Origin: Raillietiella orientalis | Taxonomy: Eukaryota | NCBI GenBank assembly: GCA_036172245.1 | Contig: JAYWIR010000006.1 | Span: forward strand, 5,642,001 to 5,706,000 | Length of the DNA: 64,000 nucleotides | Direction of reading: 5' to 3' | In this document: positions 50,601-61,551 of the stretch, one piece after another | Layout: every line of letters begins with the position of its first letter | Position numbering within the stretch: the stretch's first letter is position 1 | Program-made: the position numbers and the translations under genes | The notes under the pieces: generated by a model | The model's database searches: none | What the model saw: only the letters and a program-made list of their open reading frames with translations | What the model was told of the DNA's origin: nothing

Positions 50601-53600
50601 AAAATAACATGGTTTTTTACTTTTTGTTTCAGGTATTTTCAAGCTGGAGGGAATCCTGAACAAGTAATTGATTTGCTTTCTTCAAACTATACTGCAGTTG
50701 CTCAGATGGCAAACTTACTAGCAGAATGGCTTATTCTAGCAGGTACAGTACATGATGAGCAATTGACAGTAAAAGCATATACACTATGAAGTGGTTTACT
50801 ATGTTTCAAAGACATTGCTTCTACAATACTTCGGTTGTTTTGTATAGAACAAGTCTGCATTGCAGTTAAATACAGGAATGCTTACAGCATGGGGTCCTTG
50901 TGTGTTTGGTATTCATGTCCTTGTTCACTTTTACTTGTATCAAGGTGGAGTTGGTTTCCATGAAATTGGTGTTGAATTCTGTGGTGAGGTAAAGTTTGTT
51001 TCATTTACTTAGAATCTGTTTCACCAAATGTCGAGCATGGTGAGATGTGTGCTTCATTTTTGTGATCGTTTGTGGTAATGCATTGATCTCATGTGGATTG
51101 TCCTTCATTTTTAACATTTTGGGTCATTTTCAATTTTCTCAGATAAAGCTGAAGTAAAATGTCACTCAAAACGTCTTTACTCTCGTACTTGCTTGACACA
51201 CTCCCCATCATCCTATGTTTAATTGGGTAATGTTGAGACAGCATCTCATAATTCTGTCTTGCAAAGGCCCACACAATTTAAGTTAAGCCATGAGTTTCTG
51301 TTTGTTAGTAAATGGCGTTTGTTAAAATCAGATTTGATGTTTCCATATAAGAAAACAGAAACATTGTGCAGTATTTGAAGTAGAGGTATCTTTAAATTTC
51401 TATATAATTTATTGAGCAGAAATTTACAGATGCACAATTTATTGTGAGTGCAGTAAATATAGTTTCTAGTTTAAGAGTAAAAGAAATTTCTCAACGCCTT
51501 TAGCATATTTCATTTTATTTTTTCTAGTGTTTTTGGCAATCATTCTTTAATTATTCACAGATTCTGCAGCATGAAAGTATAGGGTATCAGAATGCAACTG
51601 GCTATGCATCATTGTGTTGTGCATATTAATCTATAGTATACAAATAAAATACAGTGCATTTGAAAATTTTTCATAATAAAACTAAATTAGATGTAATAGA
51701 GAATGTGGATGCTGTGTATAATTGTTTGATAGTAACCCAATTTTTCATAGATTTCATACTTTTTATAATCTCATAGTTGTATGAAAAAACTTGAAAAAGT
51801 AGTAATAGTAGTAATAATAATAGTAATAGTATCTGAGATGAAAGTATATTTTCATTATTTGGATTCATGCGATAACATATTTTAATACTGCTGTGCATAT
51901 GTATTCCTGCATTTTCGCCCTTCAGTATTGTATTTCATCCTTGGAACCTGAATTTTCATTAAGGTGGAAGCCCAAAGCATAAAATATGAAATGTGGAAGT
52001 TGTTTCTTCTGAATTGCAGAATTTACGGAGTCATTTTTTTTTACAATAAGAGTATTTGCTTAGGTACTGGTATCCAAGAAGTACAGACAATGGTGGAAGA
52101 TCATTTGAAGCAAATGATCCTACGCATTTTCGATCCAAAAAAGGCAGACACTATCTTCACGGAAGAAGGAGAGGTGAAACCGGAGTTTGTGAATAGTCAG
52201 TTATTGAATGAATTTTGCAGACACCCTCATGGTTGACCGAGCTTATCGAGCACAACACATGGCGGTCTTTGATTTATAAATTGGCCGAAGACTATCCTGA
52301 CTGCCTTATGTTGAATTTCACTATCAAAGTGAGTTGATATCGGACTGGTTTTCGATGTGAAAATGGCAGCTTATTTCCGACGCAGGTTTCCAAGGGGAAA
52401 TCACTAGTGTATCCACTGCCGCCCAACAGATTGAAGTGTTTTCCAGAGTTCTGAAAACTTCAATAGTCAGTTTCCTCCAACACACAGGGCAAGAACGTAC
52501 CAGGCATCTCAATGAGTTGGTGGTAAGTTAGTATGGTCTCCATAATGGCAGTGACATTCTGGTTTTCATCCCAGAAAATGGTTTGCCATGGACAGCACAC
52601 GTTCATTTACACGCAAGTCCTTCTGTACAATCTCTTTCAGGAGGGTAAGGGCGCACCAATAATGAGGAGGCTGTCTCAAGAAATCTGCAAATATGCAATC
52701 GAGCAGTAGGTGCCTCTTTGGTCTAAAGGATACTAAAATTTTAGCAGAGGTTACGATGTTACAGTCGTTACCATGGCCCTCAACAACACTGCGGCATTTC
52801 CTCGTGCAGCTCAAGCCTTAACATCTATGCTGTCTCGAAATGCCTTGAACCCTGCAGATATCACTGTACTGTACAAATTGTATTCGTCTTCGGAACCTCC
52901 CCCAGTGGAGATGATAAGAAATCCTCAGTTTCTGAGTGCGTATTTCCCGACTTAGTTGCCTCAGACGTATTCTATCGCAGATCTGCTTGTGGATGTGCTA
53001 TTCAAGCCTGGAATGAAGCTGAATCCAGAACACAAGCCCAAGTACATCTTCCTGCTGGCATATGCAGCCAGTGTGAATGAACTGGCTCGCAAAGGGGCCC
53101 ACCGCACCTTGAACAAGGATGAACTTAAGAACACAGTGCAAGCCCTGGAGAAGGTGCATAATGTCTGCTGCAGCAACAAGACATCCACGGAGCTCCTGGC
53201 CGAGCTTGCATCATTGTACCACTGCATTCGTTTTCCGGTTGTTTCCGTGGGAGTGGTGCATTGGGTTGAGGCCACTGTCACAGAACCCAGCTACTTCAAG
53301 TTGTGTGTTGAACACACCCCTCTGCATTTGGCATTGCTGGACGAGGTTGTCACGTGCCATCCATCATTGCATGATGACGTCCTGAAGCTGCTGATGCAAT
53401 TGTTTGAGTCTCAGCAGGATGAGCTGGAAATCTTAGTGCAGGTTGGTTTGCTCAGATTACCATATATCCATGGAGAGATCCCCTGGGTTCTGTTTACAGC
53501 TTGAATTGAGAAAGATGTTTCTGGATCGAATGGTCAACCTGCTCAGCCGTGGCTGTGTTGTCCCTGTTGTCCAGTACATCAAACAGTGCTGGCAGAAACA

Positions 53601-53852
53601 GGACACTGACGTATCCTTGATACGTTACTTTGTGATGGAGGTTTTGGACGTGATCGCCCCGCCATATTCTTCGGAGTTCGTCCAGCTGTTCCTACCCATG
53701 GTAGAGAACGAAGAAATCACAGGCAGCATGCGTGCTGAAGGGGAGAATGACCCTGTCTCTGAATTCATTGGTAGGATAGGTGACTCGTAATTATTCTTGC
53801 CATGTGTGATTTCCTAGTTCACTGCAAGGCCAATTACATAGTGATGGCTTGA
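47664..53852 (+). CDS. NELFCD: Negative elongation factor C/D (TH1-like), 11 exons, ~578 aa
   Basis: Exons 47664-47714, 47988-48106, 50633-50742, 52064-52173, 52221-52328, 52370-52522, 52575-52705, 52748-52935, 52981-53441, 53500-53770, 53818-53852. Motifs [83 protein letters not shown] and [21 protein letters not shown] are TH1/NELF-D. Exon 1 is the least certain. Confidence 0.95.
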
Positions 53853-54980
53853 GCGTATCAGTGGATGCAAGTGTGGGAAAATGAGATGGATGAGCAGATT
53901 ATGGACACAGCTTCTGTGACATGCCGGCAGACATGTCAATTTCATTTCATGACACTTCCACTCCCCCACGCACCCCCAGATTTGGAGGCAGGTGGTGATT
54001 CCGCATCACTAAAAGCTGTAACTGCAAAATTACGTGCAGATGATTGTTTTCCTTTCCCCCCTCCCTTCCGGTTTCAGTACCTGTGCAAGACCCTGATAGA
54101 TTTTATTTTTCCTTTATATAATGATGGCATAATTTACGTCGTTCTTGGGATGCGGTTAACCTGTCTTATACCTCGAAACTCAAGGGGGGGTGCCTTTGGA
54201 GGACGGGAATCATGCTAGCGGCTCTTCGTGTCGTCCGCCGCCCGCCTGCACGAGAGTGCGGCTTCCCCGAGACCGGCGGTGTTTTTTTTTTAGCGCGTTA
54301 GCAGTGCGAAGCGCAAGGTTTGCGGAAACGATTCTGCAAACAGACTTTGAAGCGGGTCCCAGATTGCACTTGGGGAATTCTCCAGGATTGTCGAGATCCT
54401 TCCAGAGATTTAGGAAACATTCGATCTACCGCTGCCTTCCACAGGGCTACTGCACATCTATCAACGGAGTGCGATAATAAATTGCGGAAATTCCTGTTAT
54501 TCTGGACGAGGTTGCTTCTTTCTTGACACTGCATCGGGAGGGTCCAAAGTTTCTTTAAACGGTATCGGCGCCCTCAGAAGCACAGTCAGTCCTTTCGGCA
54601 AGCGGAACTTCCACTTGGAGTGTCGTGAGCTGTTGCCGCAAACCCGTATGTTGACAAAGGGAAAGCTGTACACGAAAGGGACGACAGGATGGAAGGCTAT
54701 GCTTGTACGGTTCCCATCTCCCATCCCCCCTGTTGATGGGCTGTCAATGCGGGGTGTATCATCCAGCATGTTAGGGAAAACGAGCGACTCGGGCCAGAGG
54801 GCATCAGGTAGCAGCACAACTTCCATCCGTTCGACTTTTGTGTTGACTGAGTATTATTTCGGGAGCGCTCGTGTAAAACGTTTCCTCGCGAGCCATTCTT
54901 TCCTGGAGAGAAAAAGGAGGTTCTCCCAACAGGAAGGGCGGCAAGCGCACGTCAGTATGTGTGAGTTCTTGGCAGTGGTC

Positions 54981-55429
54981 TTAAAGGGAAGAACACGGCG
55001 TTTTGTTTGTTCGTGTTTTCCTACAGTGTCAGGAAGAATGATTCAGTAAACACAGGTGGGAACGCTTCACACAGGTGGATCTTCCTCCTTTTGGAATCGA
55101 GCACGTTCACGTACTGCCGCGAGTAGTCCCTGAAATGCAGGAAGGAGTCTTTTGGCCTCGGTTCAAGCCTCGGAGGTGCAAGGACGCGAAGGAGCTCACT
55201 TAAAGGATTTGGCATATCGGAGTGAAACGCGAAGTTCAGGGAAGTTGGCGAATTCTTCAGCGATCCGACAAGGCGGAGGGTCGCAGGCCCCAGCGCGTTC
55301 TCTCCGACCGCAAGCTGAGTCTTTTATGCAACGTCCTTCGTTTCTGGCAGATACGACAGGGCTTCCCACTTCCTCCGAATACCCCCCGGGTCGTTTCCGT
55401 TTTGCTTGCTGGAAATCCATTTTAGCCAT
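54981..55429 (-). CDS. Hypothetical spliced ORF, ~108 aa, convergent with NELF-C/D
   Basis: Minus-strand exons 55429-55200, 55129-55073 and 55020-54981(stop), with GT-AG introns of 70 and 52 nt. A further 48-nt GT-AG intron (54950-54903) lies in the putative 3' UTR. No recognisable homology. Confidence 0.3.
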
Positions 55430-57862
55430 TCGATTTTTGACGTTTTCATGCGACTTTGGGTGCAGAACATGGCTGCTGTGGATAACTGTGTTTTATGGGT
55501 TCATTTGAGAAGGTTCTCTCATTTGAGCTTTGATTTTTGCAAAGACCTCGAGGCAAAACAGTGTTCAAAATGCATTTTTCAGTAATCTGCTGTTCGGGGA
55601 ATACGAACACGGTGATAGAATAGTAAGGACGAAATAGCAGTCCAAAAGAGTGTGCAAAACTGCAGGAATTTTATTACAAGGTGTTTCCCTATGTGGTTTC
55701 ACAAGGGATCGAATTATTTCTGCTGGCAACATCAGACGGCGTACTTTCGCGCGGAGACTTTTTCTACGGTTTTCTGTGAAATGCCTTCAATCCGGTGGTG
55801 CCACGCTGTGAATAAGTAACGCCCCATTACCCGCATTCTCGTGTTTTCGGGGATCTGTGCTTCTGGTGGAATTCACGAATGCTCGTTCCGTCCTATTTGC
55901 TGATTACCGTGGAAGTTCGAGATCTCATTTTGAACCGACTCTCACTGCTGGAACGGCGCCTCTTTCAGCTGCAGAGGCTGCACGATGGAACTGCAGCCTG
56001 CGGGGCCGAGTTAAGAGGATCGGACCGTGTCCGATCACAAGGAGACTGCTTGCCGTTGCAATGCGCCCCCAAATCTAAAGGATCATAATTCACGAGGTTT
56101 TCTCCATTCCACGCTTTGCGATCAGGCTTGAAAAACAAGGATACCGTAGGGAAACGACAGAATTTTAGACAATCTCCCTGGGAGTCTGTCCTTTTTTGAA
56201 CCCTTTTTTGAACAAGCCATCCCAGTCTTGAGAATTTTTTTTTTTCTTCGAAGCCATTGCGCATTTTCTTCTGTTTCTTTCTTAGTGCTTTTGATTCACA
56301 GATCGCTCGTTTTAATGGTGCTCATCCGTAAACAGCGGGAAGGCGTTTCACGGGTTCTTTTCCAAACGACTTGAAGTTTCATGAAAATCACTGTTTGCTG
56401 GAGTTCGATTTCAGTCTCGAGGGTCACGCAAACGCTCACTGCATTAACGTCCTCCCAGGTTTGGTTGCATTACTCTATGTTTGCAGCATTTTCACTTTGA
56501 CACCTCACATCTTTCCAGTGAATCCTAATGCCATCAATAATCGTGGAAGCTTCGTTTTAAAATACGACCTGCTCAGGGAACAGGAATGCCAACTTGCTGT
56601 TTTATCTTACTTTTTTTTTTTTACACCCGGGTGCGCCGGGGCGTTTATCTTACTGGTTACTTCTGCAAGCTCCCGGATCGGTCCTGTCTTCATCAGATAG
56701 CAAACTGAATGGATTTGAAAAGACAGTCATTACTTTATGATTTTAGAATGGCCTTTTAGATGCCCTTTTGCGATCAAAGGTGGAACGCTGCTCTGCCATC
56801 GTATTGTGTGTTTCCCCACATTTATTTCAGAACGAGCAGCTTTTCGATTTGGGACTTTGAAACTGAATGAGCGTCCGGGGTGAAACGGACCATCAACCTT
56901 TCTGGAAATCTGCACACAGCATAACGTCAGCAGCCTCCAGCACGGCTCCGGACTCATTAGCATGCATTGAATTTACAGTTTCCTAGTTTTGAGCGACCAA
57001 CCTCCGTGGGTGGGTCGTGTGCCTCCCCTCCCCCCACTTTTGTTTTGGGCTTCAGAGCGTGCGATTAAGAAAGGTGTACGTTCTTCATTCGGTGGCAAAT
57101 AGCTGTTTCTTGTCCACGAATCGACTCGTTTCGTGCACAACTCGGGCATGCAATAACGAACCGATGTCCATCACATTGGGGGGCTCATCTTGCCCGGTAC
57201 TGTCTAAATTTGTTGAGCACCGTGAAGCCAGACGAAAGCTTTAAAATTTCACCCGATGTTTAACGTACCCTTTTCCTGAGCAAATTAGCCAGAATTAGAC
57301 AAATTAGACAAATTTTTTTTTTTTTCTTCACGAGGTGCGATTCAGTCAGAGCTGCGATTTTTGATGGTGTCGACACCATCGTCATTGCATTTCGAAGTAC
57401 CCCTTTTGCCATTTTCTTCACACGAAAAGTTGGACAGCATCCCGAGCTCGGTTTCTTGCATGATCATTCCTGCATGCTGAACTCTGCCCTCCCGGAGTCG
57501 TCTCCTTCACCCCTTCGGGACGACGTCAACCACATGCAGAATGTGGAATGTTGTCCATCCTGCACACCTTCACCCACAAGTACTTGCAGTCAGCATTCAA
57601 TTAGCCATCAGCTTTGTTCCAGGCGTATGGAACTCGAATCTTGTTGCTGGAATGAAATTGCCAAGTCTTCTGCGTCACATCCTCCCACCCGTTGCATTTC
57701 ATGGTGATCTTTTCCAGGAGAACCCTCAGCAGATTTTTAGCTTCCCCATCGCCTGAATCTGCTGAGAGGTGCAACCTCCAGTCCTGGGGGAAGGGGACCC
57801 ACAAACGGCGATAGGGTGCATGCAAACATAAGCTGTGAAAGGGTCGTCATCGGTTGAAAACG

Positions 57863-60800
57863 ATGCTTTTGAGCTTTTTGTTGTTGCTGTGGTGGCAGTT
57901 TTTTGTCAGTGGCGTAAGAACTGCTGTTGACATTGCCAGTTTAGAGGAGCATGTGAAAGAATCTTTGAAAACTGATCAAGCTATCCATTGTCAGTACCAG
58001 GACTATGTGAGTACAGTGAATCCCTTATTGGTTTTTTTTTGTTTCTAATTAGATTTTCTCTAACTGAGTATAAATTGCAAATATGTTTTGTGGAGAATTA
58101 GAGAACTAGGGAGAAAAAATTGCATCATTCTGGAAGGCATGTATGTATTTGTGCATCTATTTGGATGTGATTGCAGCTGGATTGGAATCCTTCTCCAAGC
58201 ACATCTCATTATGTGAAGCTAGAGTGTCAGGAAGGTACTAGCCATCAAGACACTAAGGAGGAATATGAACTTGATCATGCATCACTTATGATTGTTTGTG
58301 AAGTTCCTGCACCTGGAAGTTCAGGCTTGCAAATCTCCAAATATGCCAAGAACAACATTACTTGTGAAATAAAGGAAATGGTTAATAAAAGAGTCAAAGC
58401 ACAGTCTCCTTGTTTGGGTTGCCCTCATAAGTTAGATCCAAATCTTCCTGAACTTAAGAAACTTGCAGACCATGGAATCAAATTGCTTGTTGAAAAATAT
58501 GGCAAAAAAACTGATGTTGTGCTTATTAGAATACTGAATGCAAGTTTGGAAGTTACCAACAGAGTGGTATATCATATGACAACGCAACTGTTGATGGTAC
58601 ATCACAATAGTGACAATTCGTTTGTTGCATCACAAATCATCTGTACATTCATGTTTCCTAAAAAATCACCTGCAACTTTTGCGAATTGTAGTTTCAAATG
58701 TTACAAAAATTGGGACCATTTTAAAAATTATGAATTTGTAGAAGTTGATCCTCTTGAACACACAGATTTGGTCCAAGAAGCATGGAGAACCTTTCAGCCC
58801 CACGCACTTCGTGTACAAAGTGTTCATAGGAATGTAATGTTTATCACATTTGTCGGTTGTTAATTGAATGTGTTTGATTTCAGAAAAGTTCAGATGGAAC
58901 TACGTACTATCGCGTTTCATTTGCTGATCGTATTGCAAAACAGAGTTGTCATTTAGAATTATATCAAGTTAACAATAGGACTGAGCTACATGAAGCCATT
59001 TGTCAACCAGATTACAATGATTGGGACATATGTTTTATTTCGTTAAATCTTGAATATCAATCAGTTTCCAAGCACATGCAAGGAATCACTCAGTTACTGC
59101 TGGAAAACTTTCCAGAATATCAATTGATTTGCATTCATACGGCAAAGATGCTGTCCAGAAAAGTGAGTAAATATTCTGTTCTGTTCCACATTTCTGTCTT
59201 TTAGTTTCATTCTAAAAATAATCTTTATCATCTGGAGGTTGTGGTTAGGTCTAATTCAAGTTTGGAAGTTGAGGTAAGGGATGCTGACAGCTTTTCCCTT
59301 TATTGATTTCTGTTAAAGTCTTGTAGTGTCTTGTTAGCCTACAACAGTAGTGCTACTTCAATACTCTTGTTGGAATGGATTTGTAGGAATGATTCCGAAC
59401 TCAAGTGTAGGGATAGCTCATTGCTTGGTTTAGTAAAAAATGCACTTGCACATATCAATTCTCTAAGGTCACTTGACCAGGCTTATGGTTTCACTGATAT
59501 TTTGTGGACCAGGACACAGAAGGCAATGCAATTTTTGCAGCTTGATCAATGCATGTGTTGTTTAGTCCAGCAACCAAACTGCCATAGGCGTAAGGCTAAA
59601 GCCAATTTGTCTGAATGACCACAAGTGTGGGGATCAGGAAACCATCTGTGAGATGCAAGTGAATTCTGACAATCACTTGAGCTCTTTGACTTGTGGGCTG
59701 GAAACCGAGCTAGATTTTGGTGATCCAGGAGAGCATCAAAGTTTGTTTGTAATCAGTTCAGGAAGACAGCTGAGCGAAAAGTTTATTCAAAGAGTGGCAA
59801 ATACAGTGGTAGATCAAATGAATAGTCGGCTTGAGCCACGGTTTCGCATAGCTATCCAAAGGATATTGGAATGCGAATATTTGGTGAGCATATTTTTTGA
59901 GGATGTGTTCACTTGTGAGCCCATGGGCATAGATGGAGGAACTTTTATTCCTGCTTATTGAAGTAAAACCCTGGTCCTGTGACGCCCCTTGCATTGGAGG
60001 GATGGTGAGCAAAAGGCTTGCATGGGGTTGTGCACTGTTCTGTTTCAGAGAGAGTGTCAGATCTATGCAAGGCTGCAGGTTCATTGGCAGGGTGTCAGAC
60101 AATATAACTGCAGTTCTGGGGTGAGCACGAGTTGTGAGAGTCTGGTCACTAGTTTTTAGGATGGACCACCTTGGATTCTCGACCAAGCATTTCACGAGTT
60201 TTCCGAAAAACATAACAAAAGATACAAGACTTTGAGGATCTTGGAGGAGAGGCACCGTATTTTCCGTGAAAACCTCGAGTACATCCGAGAGCTGAATGAG
60301 AATGACCGGGGCACGGCAAAGTATGGAGTCAACCAATTTGCTGACATGACTCGTGAGCATGAGCGTCTCTTTCACAAATCCGCCACCGCATGTGTTACGG
60401 TCCTTTAAGGAGGTGAATTTAGGAGGAGTCACACAGGACATATTCCCGCCAAGCACGGGTTCAAACTGCATCGTTTGGAAATCCCCGAAACGATTTCTGT
60501 ACCCTACAGCTTTGACTGGCGCCACCATGATGTACTGAATCCTGTGAAAGATCAGGTTGGCTGACGGGGAAAACCCAAGCACGTAGCTACTCTGGAGTTC
60601 TCCGCAGCGTGGCTGTGCTTCGAGCTGGGCATTCACAGCAGTTGCGAACGTGGAAAGTCACTGGGCCCTGTACAGAGGAGAACTTTTGTCCCTGTCCGAA
60701 CAGCGTAGGACGTGCTCCGAGAAAAGGCTGTCTAGTCTCTTGCAGAACTGATAGATTGCTCTTCACCCGGCGATGGCTGCCTAGGAGGTAGCATAGAAAG

Positions 60801-61392
60801 CGCTTACCAAGCAATCTGGACCGGGGGCTTGCACCTGGACTCGGATTACCCGTACTCGGGCAAAAATGGAAGATGCGACATGCAGATCAATAAGACGCGC
60901 GTCAATGTGATGAAGTTCCTGAAGGTACCAGCACACGAAACTGTAATGGCGTGGTATGTGGCGCAGTTTGGGCCGATGTCTGTTGGGATCAACAGCAATG
61001 CGATGATGGTGAGTTCGAAGTGGTGGCGTTATGCGGCGTCTTCATCGGTTCATAAGTTCTATCTCGGCGGTGTATCTAGTCCACCGCGGAGGCTTTGCCC
61101 TTACCGTGACCGGGACTATGCTGCGCTGGTTGTTGGTTTCGGAACTCAACGTGAGTGGGACGGGGAAGCCGACGCTCGCTCCCAGCAGGCTGTTTTTCAG
61201 GCGAAGGCGAACGGGACGTGCCGTTCTGGGTTGTCAGAGGCAGTTGGGGTGCTTCCTGGGGTGAGCAGGTGAGTACTTCCTGTTCTCCTGAAGGGCTCGG
61301 GAGCTCAGGTCATCCAGGGCTACTTCCGCCTGTACCGAGGCAACGACACATGCGGCATCCGTTGGATGGCGTCGTCGGCGTTCATCGAATGA
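57863..61392 (+). CDS. Secreted multi-cystatin-domain cathepsin F-like (papain C1A) protein, predicted catalytically inactive; 15 exons, ~916 aa
   Basis: Exons 57863-58006, 58177-58833, 58884-59162, 59205-59273, 59319-59522, 59566-59883, 59933-60004, 60049-60120, 60160-60352, 60410-60555, 60608-60704, 60746-61008, 61057-61150, 61201-61268, 61318-61392. Signal peptide MLLSFLLLLWWQFFVSG; cystatin-like CLGCPHKLDPNLPELKKLA; I29 prodomain ERHRIFRENLEYIRELN..GTAKYGVNQFADMT; mature domain FDWR..VKDQRGCASSWAF, LSEQQLIDC, GCLGG, YPY, GPMSVGIN, WGEQGYFRLYRGNDTCGI. Confidence 0.92.
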
Positions 61393-61545
61393 GGCCACGT
61401 GACCGCAGCACGCTTTGCAGCAGCGCACCTCCGCGCAGGGATGGTGCTCGACGGTGTCCACGTCATGCTTTCGCCGCTGGTTAGCAGCTTGTAGGCGTGC
61501 TTGAGATAACGGACATCACTTGAGGCGTTCCCCACGAGCGAGTCC

Positions 61546-61551
61546 AATAAA
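61546..61551 (+). terminator. Candidate polyadenylation signal AATAAA for the cathepsin-like gene
   Basis: AATAAA ~150 nt after the stop codon, in otherwise GC-rich sequence. Confidence 0.55.

Noticed and set aside
59758..60636. 292-aa minus-strand ORF
   Set aside because: Antisense shadow of the cathepsin-like exons with no motifs of its own.
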